Assembly (NCBI GenBank): GCA_045560295.1
Contig: JBJKZL010000004.1
Span: 1,868-65,867, forward strand
Direction: 5' to 3'
Origin: Fidelibacterota bacterium
GTDB taxonomy: Bacteria; Fidelibacterota; Marinisomatia; Marinisomatales; Marinisomataceae
Length of the DNA stretch: 64,000 bases
The notes under the pieces were generated by a model that saw only the letters and a program-made list of their open reading frames with translations, was not told the origin of the DNA and did no database searches. Of this stretch, positions 10,311 to 20,738 are shown piece after piece. The translations under genes and the position numbers were made by a program. Positions within the stretch are counted from its first letter, which is position 1. The number at the start of each line of letters is the position of its first letter.

Positions 10311-12155
10311 CTATTGTGAATCAATAATAAAGATAATTGTTGCTAGATTTGTAAAAAGTGAAACAATATTAGCTGAAAGTGTAACTGGGTCAAATTCCTT
10401 TTTTTCCTTTGTTGGAATAATTATTGTATCGTTTGCATCGATTTTAGCAAAAACTTTTCCAAAAAAATGCCTTGGTTTCACTACATCTCCATTGCTTTTC
10501 AAGATTTGTATATCACTCTTAATTGCAGTCTCTGTGAAACCACCAGCAGAAATTATATAAGAGCTTAAAGACCTTTGCTTTCCATTAAATATAACTGCTC
10601 CAGGACGATATACACCCCCCGATATAACAATAGTATTGCTTATTTTGGGAATATTAATTCTTGCATTTAAAGGCAGTGATGATTTTAGAGAGATATTATT
10701 TATTTTTGTTCCTGTTTCAGAAAATAGTTCAATTGCATTAGCATTTCCAAAAGGACCTATACCTTCCGCCAAATTTACAACATCGCCTACTGTCATTCCT
10801 TCTTTAAAAAGATAAGAACCTGGTTTGACTATTTCTCCTTCAATTTTGATAGTTAACGGGTCTCTATAATTCGAATTACCATAAACTAATATTACATCTT
10901 CAGGTTCTAAAACAAAATTTTCAGAATCCTTATAACTTACTTTAAACTCATTAGCATAAATTTGATTTAAATCCTTTCTCAAAATTGTAATTGAATCCTT
11001 TCTAATTTTTTTTATAAAAGTTGGGTCATTAAATCCTCCAGCTACATCTAAAACTTCTTTAAGATTTGAAGCGGGATAATTTCCAGGGGTTTTTACTGTA
11101 CCTGCAACTGTAACCTTGTCTGAAGAACTTGTTCCGGATAATATGGAAATGCTTGCTACTGCAGCTAGTTCAATATTTAATCCTTTTGAAATATCTATAA
11201 ATTTTGATTCGTTTAATGCATCATTACTAGACCTATCATTAATGGATTTGACTAGTTCTATTATAGCTTTTGAATGAGCGCTTGATGAAAGCCCTCCAGC
11301 GTAATTGATTAAATCTTCTAGATCTTCTCCATTATTAAGTTCATATACACCAGGCCTTAAAACAGCCCCACTAATTTCAATACTCTGCTTAACATTTGGA
11401 ATATGAATGATATCTCCATCAACTAATTTTATTTTAGAGAAAGTATTTTCTCCCTTGATAAAAAATGAGTAAAAATCTACAGTTGCTATTGTCTTTCCTT
11501 CTCTAATTAATTCTATATTTCTCAATGAACCATTGAGATTGACTCCTCCAGATTGTGTGATAGCAGAATAAATATCTGAAAAAGGATGAATTAAGTGTAC
11601 ACCAGGCCTATTAGAAAAACCTGTAAAAAAAACATTGATAGATTTTAATTGTCCAAGCGTTACTCTAAGCTCAGTAGGATTATTTTTATCTTTTAAAGTA
11701 CTATATGTCTTTGAAAGAAATTCTATCAAGGTATTTTCGGCTTCGCCTAAAGTTTGATTTGATAAATTGACAAAACCAATTTTATTGTAATAAATTGACC
11801 CATCTTTATTTAAAACAAATGCTTCCTGAGTATTTCTTTCTCCCCACATAGATATCACTATTTCATCTCCACTGCCAAGCTTAAAGTTTTCTGGTGTCGG
11901 TATATTATCAAAAAAATTTATATCTCTAAGAAAATAACTATATCCAAAAGAAGAAGTTGAATCATCTACAGGTGAATTCGAATCAATTGAAATTTCTTTC
12001 AGTGATAAATTAGGAGCATCAGAGACATTATCGGTAGTGACTTCAGTATCGCCAGACTGTAAGCTTGCTTTAATTGCATCTAACTGGGAATTAGTCAGTG
12101 TTTGACTGAAAACTAATGACTGAACTATTAATAATAATATTATTTTCATAAACAA
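10311..12155 (-). CDS. Polysaccharide export protein, Poly_export plus multiple SLBB domains (Wza/KpsD-like)
   Basis: LGSGDEIVISMWG and repeated G-x-V-x-x-PG-x-Y...AGG units. Signal peptide present. Confidence 0.85.
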   Translation of the reverse strand: MFMKIILLLIVQSLVFSQTLTNSQLDAIKASLQSGDTEVTTDNVSDAPNLSLKEISIDSNSPVDDSTSSFGYSYFLRDINFFDNIPTPENFKLGSGDEIVISMWGERNTQEAFVLNKDGSIYYNKIGFVNLSNQTLGEAENTLIEFLSKTYSTLKDKNNPTELRVTLGQLKSINVFFTGFSNRPGVHLIHPFSDIYSAITQSGGVNLNGSLRNIELIREGKTIATVDFYSFFIKGENTFSKIKLVDGDIIHIPNVKQSIEISGAVLRPGVYELNNGEDLEDLINYAGGLSSSAHSKAIIELVKSINDRSSNDALNESKFIDISKGLNIELAAVASISILSGTSSSDKVTVAGTVKTPGNYPASNLKEVLDVAGGFNDPTFIKKIRKDSITILRKDLNQIYANEFKVSYKDSENFVLEPEDVILVYGNSNYRDPLTIKIEGEIVKPGSYLFKEGMTVGDVVNLAEGIGPFGNANAIELFSETGTKINNISLKSSLPLNARINIPKISNTIVISGGVYRPGAVIFNGKQRSLSSYIISAGGFTETAIKSDIQILKSNGDVVKPRHFFGKVFAKIDANDTIIIPTKEKKEFDPVTLSANIVSLFTNLATIIFIIDSQ

Positions 12156-12212
12156 TATAAGAATATAGTCTGAAAAATATTGTTAACAAAATATCTTTAA
12201 TAATTTATAATA

Positions 12213-13238
12213 TTAAATTTTAAGCCATCTCGGATTATCTAAAGTCCATTGAATAGTTTTTTCTAATCTGTCAAAAGCAGATTTGGGTTTCCAACCCATT
12301 TTTTTCATCTTTTCTCCATCTAAAGCATATCGTAAATCATGCCCTGGTCGTTGAGAATGAAAGTCTACCATTTCATGGTTAAGATCTTTTTTTTGTGTTT
12401 CAGCTATAAATTTTGCTAGTTGTAGATTATCGATCTCATCTTTTCCAACAATATTAAACTTTTGACATTTTGCCCCTGTATTATCAGGTTTAAAAGAAGA
12501 AATATCATAATGATACAAAAACATTAGAGCATCTGCTACATCTTCAGCATGAATATAATGACGAGATCCAGCCACTGTTTTTTCCGAATTTGCATGAACG
12601 GTAACAATTTCACTGTCTCTCACTTTTTTAATGACCATAGGAATATATTTTTCAGAATTTTGTCTTTCTCCAAACACATTCATAGTATGGGTGATAAAAG
12701 ATGGTAGACCATAAGTATTTTCATAAGCAACTACCAACTCTTCTGCTCCAGCTTTAGTAGCTGAATAAGGGTTAGTAGAATTATATCTATCATTCTCTTT
12801 GTAATTGATTCCTTTTGGAGCAGGACCGAAAACTTCATCAGTACTAAAATATGCAAATCTTTCTAGATGATCTAATTTTCTAGCATAATCCAAAATATGA
12901 GCTGTTCCTACAATATTATCCATCACAAATTCTAATGGATAAGTAATTGATCGATCTACATGCGAACCGGCTGCGAGATGACTAATGTAATCGACTTTTC
13001 CTATGGTAGCTGCAACCTCCGGATTAAGCTCAGCTTTTAAATCGTGATGAATGACTCTTACTCTTTTTTGTTCAGACTTAGGATATGAAGTTACTATTTC
13101 ATTTAATCTATTCAGATTACCGCTAAAGTCTAGTCTATCTAGAGTAATAATCTTCCAGTCTGTAGTTGATAGAATTTTATCAACTACATGATGAGCAATA
13201 AATCCTGCACCACCTGTAATTAGTATTGTTTTACTCAT
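12213..13238 (-). CDS. Second dTDP-glucose 4,6-dehydratase-like NAD-dependent epimerase/dehydratase
   Basis: TGGAGFI, AAGSHVDRSI, STDEVFG, YSATK, RPGHDLRY. Confidence 0.88.
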   Translation of the reverse strand: MSKTILITGGAGFIAHHVVDKILSTTDWKIITLDRLDFSGNLNRLNEIVTSYPKSEQKRVRVIHHDLKAELNPEVAATIGKVDYISHLAAGSHVDRSITYPLEFVMDNIVGTAHILDYARKLDHLERFAYFSTDEVFGPAPKGINYKENDRYNSTNPYSATKAGAEELVVAYENTYGLPSFITHTMNVFGERQNSEKYIPMVIKKVRDSEIVTVHANSEKTVAGSRHYIHAEDVADALMFLYHYDISSFKPDNTGAKCQKFNIVGKDEIDNLQLAKFIAETQKKDLNHEMVDFHSQRPGHDLRYALDGEKMKKMGWKPKSAFDRLEKTIQWTLDNPRWLKI

Positions 13239-14343
13239 CTTTTTTTAATGCCTTTATAATGAAATTAATTTCTGTTTGGCTAAGATAAGGATGCATTGGT
13301 AAACTAACAATTGTTTGTGATAAATTTTCTGATACAGGAAAATCTCCTTCTTTATGACCTAAATAATGAAATCCTTTCATTAAATGGATAGGATATTTAT
13401 AGTATATAACATTTGGTATATTATTTTTTTTCAACTTGTCTACTAATTCAGCTCTTTTCTTATTAGAGCCTAACGTAATGGAAAATAATGCATGCGCAGA
13501 ATGATAGTTATTTGGGATATATTGCGCATTATTCAAAAACTTTCTATAATAATCATTTACTTTATTTCTCATTTCTAGTTCTTCATCAAAAATTGTCATT
13601 TTTTCTAACAGAACTGCAGCTTGCATGCTATCTAGACGTCCATTTAGACCAATAACTCCACTATTGTATCTATCTGAACTTGTTCCATGAATACGTATTG
13701 CCTTACACTTATCTGCTAAACTATCATTATTAGTAAACATAGCACCTCCATCTCCGTAACACCCTAGAGGCTTAGCAGGATAAAATGATGTAGCGGCGAC
13801 GTCTCCAAAAGTGCCTACTTTTTTTTCTCCAATTGAAGCACCAAAACTTTGTGCCCCATCTTCAATGACTTTTAAATTATATTTTTTGGCTATACTATCA
13901 ATTAAGCGATAGCGAGCTGGGACACCAAATAAGTCTACTGGTATAATTGCTTTAGGTCTTAATTTTCCGTTTTTAATAGTTTCTTCAATAGCAATTTCTA
14001 GCTTTTCACAGTCAATATTAAATGTAGAATCATACACATCAACAAAAACAGGGGTAGCCCCAAGTAATGCAATCACTTCTGCCGTTGCAACATAGGTAAA
14101 TGGTGTAGTAAATACAGCATCTCCGGGGCCTATACCCCATGCCATAAGTGGAATTAATAATGCATCTGTTCCGGATGAACATGAAATTGCATGCTTTACT
14201 CCACAATAATCTGCGAGTTTTTCTTCTAATTCATGCACCTCTGGACCCATGATATAGGCGCCATGATCTAGAATAGCATTTAATCTTTTCACAAGAGGTT
14301 TTCGAATACGATTTTGCTGTGTTTTTAGGTCTAAAAATTCCAT
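13231..14343 (-). CDS. DegT/DnrJ/EryC1/StrS sugar aminotransferase (WbpE/GnnB-like)
   Basis: MEFLDLKTQ start, SGTDAL, EDGAQSFG, SFYPAKPLGCYGDGG (PLP lysine). Confidence 0.92.
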   Translation of the reverse strand: MEFLDLKTQQNRIRKPLVKRLNAILDHGAYIMGPEVHELEEKLADYCGVKHAISCSSGTDALLIPLMAWGIGPGDAVFTTPFTYVATAEVIALLGATPVFVDVYDSTFNIDCEKLEIAIEETIKNGKLRPKAIIPVDLFGVPARYRLIDSIAKKYNLKVIEDGAQSFGASIGEKKVGTFGDVAATSFYPAKPLGCYGDGGAMFTNNDSLADKCKAIRIHGTSSDRYNSGVIGLNGRLDSMQAAVLLEKMTIFDEELEMRNKVNDYYRKFLNNAQYIPNNYHSAHALFSITLGSNKKRAELVDKLKKNNIPNVIYYKYPIHLMKGFHYLGHKEGDFPVSENLSQTIVSLPMHPYLSQTEINFIIKALKKDE

Positions 14344-14457
14344 AATAATTAAAGTAAAATTAATACAATTATGCACTGAAAGATAAAAAAATAAAAAAAA
14401 CTGTTTTTATATAATAAAAAAAAGTTGCGGTTCTGAAGTAAAAAGGGCAAATTTGCG

Positions 14458-14480
14458 GAGAGTACATAGCTTGTACTCTT
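14458..14480 (+). promoter_or_regulatory. Hairpin/inverted repeat in the leader of the TonB-dependent receptor
   Basis: AGAGTACA-tagct-TGTACTCT, about 50 nt upstream of the ATG. Shine-Dalgarno AAGGAG at 14517-14522. Confidence 0.5.
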
Positions 14481-14528
14481 AAGTTAATATATTAATATAT
14501 GAAGATAACCGAGAAAAAGGAGTTAAAC

Positions 14529-17217
14529 ATGAATCGAACGATTCTTGGTGCGCTATTTGGAATTGTAATGATTTCTAGCGCTCTCTTTGGTCAAGGCACC
14601 GTATCTGGGACTGTTACAGACGCAGACGGAAATGCTTTGCCAGGAGCAAATGTTGTGGTTGAAGGAACTGCATTGGGTGCAGCTGCTACGTTAAGTGGTG
14701 CTTACTCAGTAAGTGTTCCTAATGGTACATACACAGTAACTGCTAGTGTAGTAGGTTATACATCAGAAAGTGCAACTGTAAAGGTTTCAGATTCTAACGC
14801 ATCTGCAAGCTTTTCTTTAGCATCATCTTCCGTCGCGTTAGGCGGAGTTGAAGTACTAGCTGATCGTGTAGACAATACCTCTGCAATCCCTTATGATGAC
14901 TATACCAAAGCTGATATTGATTTCAGATTAGGTGGTCGTGGATTGCCAAAAGCATTATCAACCCTACCAAACGTTTACGTTGAAAATGGTGGTGGTTGGG
15001 ATGATGAAAATGTATATGTTCGTGGTTTTGACGATCGTTATACATCTTATCTGATTAATGGTATCCCTATGAATGACATGGAAAATGGTAATTTATACTT
15101 CTCTAACTGGAGTGTATTAGCTGATGTTGCATCAGTAGTACAAGTTCAAAGAGGAGCAGGATCTGTTAATTTAGCAACACCAAGTTTAGGTGGTGTGGTA
15201 AACTTTATGAGTATGCCAGCATCTTCTGAACCAAGTGTTGTAGTAAAACAAGAAGCAGGACAACATAACTATTCAAAAACCGCTGTTACTATTAACACTG
15301 GTTTAATGATGGATGGTAAGCTTGCAATGGTAGCATCAGCATCTAAGAGAACTGCTGACAAACTATTTGCAAGAGGTACCTACACAGAAGCATGGTCATA
15401 TTATTTCAATACGTCCTATTCTTTTGATGCAGATAACCGTCTTGAATTTGTTGCACTTGGATCACCTCAAATTCATGGTCAAAATTTTTGGAATAATCGT
15501 ATTTCAAACTATAGCCATGAACTAGCCCGCGATATGGGTGTTGCTGAGGAAGATCTAAGAACTGAATACGGAGTGGATTTTAACCCAAGAGCAGACAATC
15601 TTGATACGCCTTTTACAGGTAGAAAAGCGACTGCTAGTTGGTTACCATTTGACGGCTGGAACAATCGTTCAGCTGACATGTATTCAAGTACATTAATTAA
15701 TGAAAGAGAAAACTACTTTCACAAACCAATTGTACAATTAAACTCATACAACAAGCTAAATGATACAATGACTTTAGCTAGTTCACTTTACTACTCAGGT
15801 GGTGAAGGTGGTGGTTCCGGATCTGCTGGTTCTATAAGATGGAAATCTGACGGTTCAGGACGTGATTATGATGAGACTATTCGTCGTAACAGATTGGACT
15901 TTGAAGATGGTTTCGGCTATGAATCTAGAGGGATTCTTAGAGGAAGTAGAAATAATCAGTCAACATTTGGTGTAGTTTCTAAGTTAGACATGAAAATAGA
16001 TGACATGTGGTCAGCTACTTTTGGTGTGGACATTAGAACTGCTAAAGTTGAGCACTACCGTGAAGTTTACAACCTATTAGGTGGTGACTTCTACCATGAA
16101 TACATCTAATCCAAACTGGAATGCAGATGAACAAAGAAGAGGTCTTGGAGACAAGGTATTCTATGACTACACAAACACTGTAGACTGGATGGGTGGTTAC
16201 GCTCAAGCAAATTATAACGATGGAATGGGAACAACTGGTTTCGCGATGTTCGGAGCTACTACAGCTAGCTATACGAACCAAGATCATTTCACTCTTGATA
16301 ATAATAAAATCGAAGCAGATGCTGAGATGGGATATCAAATGAAAGTTGGTGGAAGTAAAGCATTAAACGACACATGGCAGTTATTTGGTAACATGAGTTA
16401 CTCTGCAATGACACCCTCACTTGATAAACTGATTAACGATTATAATAACACACTAAATTCAGGTTTTGAAAATGAAAAAGCTACTTGGGTAGACTTTGGT
16501 ACTAGATTTAAATCAACTAACGGCCAATGGGCTGGTAGTATGAATTATTACTGGGCACTATGGTCTGACAGAAACCAAAGTGGTACTTCAGAAGACTTGA
16601 ATGGTGTTGAGTCATTCTTTAGTATTGCAGGGTTGAACGAATTGCACCAAGGGTTAGAATACTCTATTGCATATCAACCAATTCCAGTATTAAGAATTGA
16701 CATTAGAGGTCACGAAAGTGATTGGAGATTTACTGATGACTTGTCATACTCTTGGAATGAAATCGAAGGAGATGCAAGTAGCGGAGAAACATTTGATCTT
16801 TATGTGAAAGACGTGATGATTTCAGGTGCTCCACAGTCACAAACAAACTTAATTGTGACAGGGTTCTTCAACAGATTAAAAGTATCTGCTGAAGCACAGT
16901 CATTCTCTAAACAATACCCTAGATGGGGTTATGATGGTGCTATTCAGGACTTAGCATTCTTATTAGGTGAAGGTAATACTTTTGCTGAAGATGCTTATGT
17001 AACTGGTAACACAACTCTAGTGAACTTTAATAGTGCATACACAACAGAGCTTATGGGTAAAGCGGTTACTTTCAACGCATCCGTATTCAACGCAACTGAC
17101 GAACTTTACGTCGGTGACTTTGTTGACGCGTATGATGGTTCTGGAGACGTTTCGGACTTAAGAGTTCGTATCGGTCAACCAAGATCATATAATATTGGAG
17201 TGACTATTAACTATTAA
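14529..17217 (+). CDS. TonB-dependent receptor with an N-terminal carboxypeptidase-regulatory-like domain, split by a frameshift near 16094
   Basis: Signal peptide, VSGTVTDADGNALPGANVVV, plug motifs (YVRGF, LINGIP, VQVQRG, GGVVN), C-terminal PRSYNIGVTINY. Confidence 0.9.
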
Positions 17218-17241
17218 TCTTATTAAGACAGATTAGTATTA

Positions 17242-17279
17242 AATAAAAAACCCTTCAATTTATTGAGGGGTTTTTTATT
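17242..17279. terminator. Bidirectional rho-independent terminator between the receptor and dnaG
   Basis: AATAAAAAACCCTTCAAT-tt-ATTGAGGGGTTTTTTATT, with A/T tails on both sides, between convergent genes. Confidence 0.88.
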
Positions 17280-19021
17280 GGAGTTTTTTTTGGAGAGCAC
17301 TTAACTCTTCGAGCAATGCTTTGTCAGGAGAAGTATCTTCTTCTTCCATTCTTCGAATTTTATCCCTTAGAATTGCAATTTCTTTCTTCACTGGGTTTCG
17401 CTCTAATGTAGCAATACAATCATCCAAAATGGTCTGTTCATATTCCTTATCAGGAACCTCTATCGCTAGGGAAGCAATCAAATTACGTTGTTCTGATGAT
17501 CCGCCAATTAATTCAAGAATCTGTCCTGGCTTATATCCCTTATCACTATTATCAATTAATACTTTTAAAACATTATAAAGTAGTTTATTGCTAAATAAAG
17601 CAATAGGCATCTTTGGAGCAAGTTCTGGGGAATGTAATGCTAGCTTAATCAATTCTAATTGCGCCTTATCTTCGGATGAACGATAGTGAGTGACTTCAGT
17701 CGTACTTGAATCACCTCTCTACTGGAGCTTTGTATCTTTTTTGCTTAAGAGAGCTAAAACGATCAAGCACTTCAGCTTCTACAACGCCTAATTCATTAGA
17801 CAACTTGCGGATTAAATCATTTCTAACCATGCTGTCTGGAACTAACTGTATTTCACCTATACATTCATTTAAAAATTTTGATTGGTCTGCAGCGCCTTGC
17901 TTTAAAATGTCTTTATGCTTTATAATAAAAGAAATAGGATGTGCTGCCGACTTGATAAGTGATCTAAAAGTATCTTTTGTATTGTTATCTTTTCTAAAGA
18001 AATCATCAGGATCGTCGCCATTACCTAAAAATAACACTCGTGTTTCAATACCGTTCTGTAATAAAACATAGCTTGTACGAATAGCAGCATTAATACCTGC
18101 ACTATCTGAATCATAACAAAGAATAACTCTATTAGTATACTTTTTAAGTGCAACGGCGTGCTTACTAGAAAATGCCGTTCCAGATGTAGCAAGAACATTA
18201 TCAAATGTTTGTTCTACTAAGCGTAAAAAGTCAGTTTGCCCTTCTACTAAAATTGCAAAATTTTTCTTACGAATATTTGGAAGTGTTTGATACGAACCGT
18301 AGAAAACCTTACTTTTTTCAAAAAGCAAAGTTTCGGGAGAGTTTAGATACTTAACATCTTCTTTTTCCGATAAACTCCTACCGCTGAATCCAATAATTTT
18401 TCCTGAAAGACTGAAAAAAGGAAACATGATACGGTTGCGAAAACGATCAATAAGTGGCCCTTTTTTTGACTCTGAAAATAATCCAGATTTTTTCAAGATT
18501 TGGTTATCGAACTTGCCTTGAAGCTCTTTTAAAAGACTATCCCAACTATCAGGGGCAAATCCAATTCTGAATTTATTGATAATACTATCATGAAATGACC
18601 TGTCAGTAAGATATTTTTTTGCTGTTCCTTTTGGATTATCTTTAATGCTGTTTTCAAAGTAAATACATGCCAATTCGTGGATTTCATATAATTGGTCATA
18701 TAAATTATTCTGCTCTTTATTACCTCGTTCAATTATTTCTATTCCGTATTTTTCGGCTAAAGATCGTATGGCCTCAGGAAAGCTAATTTTTTCGTATTCA
18801 ATTAAAAATTGTACAGCATTTCCTCCTTGCGCTGAACCAAAATCATACCACATATTTTTATCTGGAGCGACACTAAATGATGGCTTAGTTTCTGATCTAA
18901 AGGGGCTTAAACCAAAATAATTTTGCCCTCTTTTTTTTAAATCTACATATTGGGAGATTACATCCAGAACATCTACTTCTTCCAAAACGCGATTAATTGT
19001 TTCTTGTGCTATTCTTCTCAT
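17275..19021 (-). CDS. dnaG: DNA primase, C-terminal helical domain separated by a frameshift near 17715
   Basis: GLSPFRSETKPSF, RFRNRIMFP, KYLNSPET, VEGQTD, CYDSDSAG (TOPRIM). The shifted frame is open from about 17715 to 17275. Confidence 0.93.
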
Positions 19022-19503
19022 ATGGGCATTGTACTTGACATTGATTGACTAATATAGTCTTTGAAAGGCTCCAGTAAAACAAGAATTTGAGATTCGCTGT
19101 AGAGAATGCTATAAATCTTATTAGATATAAAGGTATCAAAAAACCATATGAATATTGTTAACAGTATGATGGTTTTTAGCCCTCCAAATAAAAATCCAAG
19201 AAATTTGTCTAATACAGTGAAAGAGATTGATCCATCAAATAGAAATAAGAGTATACTAGTAATGAATCTAGATATCATAATGGATATGAAAAATATAAAC
19301 GCTCCAGAAATCAAAAAAATCCATCTTGTATCGACATCCAAAAAAGATGATAAGAAGACTGTTAAATCAAAATAAAAAAAGAGGGCAAAAAATATACCAA
19401 TTCCAATATCTATAAATTCAAAGACTGCATCTATGAACCCTTTCTTGATTCCCAAAACAGCATTAAATCCTATTAATAAACAAAAAAGTATATCTATAAC
19501 CAT
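19018..19503 (-). CDS. cvpA: CvpA (colicin V production) family membrane protein
   Basis: IDIL...GIKKGFI N-terminus, LDKFLGFLFGGLK, about 4 TM. Confidence 0.8.
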   Translation of the reverse strand: MVIDILFCLLIGFNAVLGIKKGFIDAVFEFIDIGIGIFFALFFYFDLTVFLSSFLDVDTRWIFLISGAFIFFISIMISRFITSILLFLFDGSISFTVLDKFLGFLFGGLKTIILLTIFIWFFDTFISNKIYSILYSESQILVLLEPFKDYISQSMSSTMPI

Positions 19504-19504
19504 A

Positions 19505-19942
19505 TTAAGATAATAATTCTTTTAAGAGGTTTTGTGCCACTCCTCCGTCTATTTTTCCAGCACCTTTTTTCATTACCTGAGGCATTACCTTACCAAAATC
19601 TGCCATACTAGATGCTCCAGTTTGTTCAATAACAGATGTTACAATTGACTTAATCTCATCTTCTGTCATCATTGAAGGCAAGTAAGCTTCCACGATATTA
19701 AGTTCCGTAGTTTCTTGATCTACCAGGTCACTTCTTTGGCCCTGTTTATATAATTTAATAGACTCTTTATGTTGCTTGGCGGCAGTTTGTAACACTTTCA
19801 TTACTTCACTATCCTCTAATGGCTTCCCTGTAGCAATAGACTTATTCTTACATTTAGAAATTAGAATACGTAATACTCCAACCTTTGCTTTATCTTGCGT
19901 CTTCAATGCATCTTTTAGGTCCATTTCTATTTTATGTAACAT
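19505..19942 (-). CDS. yqeY: GatB/YqeY domain protein
   Basis: DLKDALK...LR, KQHKESI, YLPS, DFGKVM. ATG 19942 follows GGAG. Confidence 0.9.
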   Translation of the reverse strand: MLHKIEMDLKDALKTQDKAKVGVLRILISKCKNKSIATGKPLEDSEVMKVLQTAAKQHKESIKLYKQGQRSDLVDQETTELNIVEAYLPSMMTEDEIKSIVTSVIEQTGASSMADFGKVMPQVMKKGAGKIDGGVAQNLLKELLS

Positions 19943-19946
19943 AAAT

Positions 19947-20684
19947 TTATTCTCCCTCATTAATAGTTTTCATTGCTAATAGTAGCTGATCTTGATTGGA
20001 TTCGAACCCAATAAATCTCCTGCCTATTTTTTTTGCAACAGATCCAACACTTCCAATACCCATGAAAGGGTCTAGTACCCAATTTAATTTGAAACTACTT
20101 CCCTTTAAAATTCTATGAATGATTTCATCATAATCTAAATGAAACCACAAATTGTTTTTTATTTCCTCTGGATTTGGGCTATTAATATTCTTTCCATCTA
20201 CAATATAATTTTGATTGAAAATATAGTCATTAGTCTTGGTAGCAAACCAAATATCGGATATGGTATTTTTCCACTGAGATAAGCCTTCTTGTTCAGATTT
20301 TCTTTCTGCTGTAATTCTAGATTGGACATTAAACTTCTTTTCTAATACTGAATGGTACATTGAAGAAGATTGCCAAGGACAAATAATATAGATTGATCCA
20401 TTGGGTGTTAGCACTCTCTTAGATTCTTCTAGCCATCCATCTACCCAATCTACATAATTCTCAAATGTTGGGCTATTACCAGACAAACTATTACTTTTAG
20501 GTTGCATCGTTGGCTCTGTTATAATCAAATCAATAGATTCATCTGGTATATTTGCTAAACCATCGATTGGATCAGCTAAAAATAGTCCTTCATGTAGCTT
20601 ATTGGTAAATGCCATATCTTCATTTGTCTTTATAGCGGGCAAATAACGATTTAAATCTTTTACTGTAAGTATTTCATTTTGCAT
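19947..20684 (-). CDS. Beta-class N4/N6 DNA methyltransferase homologue with a degenerate catalytic motif
   Basis: IPDESIDLIIT-EPTM where DPPY is expected, RVLTPNGSIY, VLDPFMGIGS, GRRFIGFE. Confidence 0.78.
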   Translation of the reverse strand: MQNEILTVKDLNRYLPAIKTNEDMAFTNKLHEGLFLADPIDGLANIPDESIDLIITEPTMQPKSNSLSGNSPTFENYVDWVDGWLEESKRVLTPNGSIYIICPWQSSSMYHSVLEKKFNVQSRITAERKSEQEGLSQWKNTISDIWFATKTNDYIFNQNYIVDGKNINSPNPEEIKNNLWFHLDYDEIIHRILKGSSFKLNWVLDPFMGIGSVGSVAKKIGRRFIGFESNQDQLLLAMKTINEGE

Positions 20685-20738
20685 AACTGTTACAATTTAC
20701 TCTTATAAAGTTAATTTTAAAATTGTAAGTTTATTATC

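Noticed and set aside
14344..14528. Possible cobalamin/TPP riboswitch before the TonB-dependent receptor
   Set aside because: No B12-box or TPP core motif and too little structured sequence. Only one short hairpin is present.
17711..17713. TGA readthrough or selenocysteine recoding in dnaG
   Set aside because: The continuation is in a different frame, so readthrough would not restore the protein. TGA is used as a normal stop elsewhere in the window.
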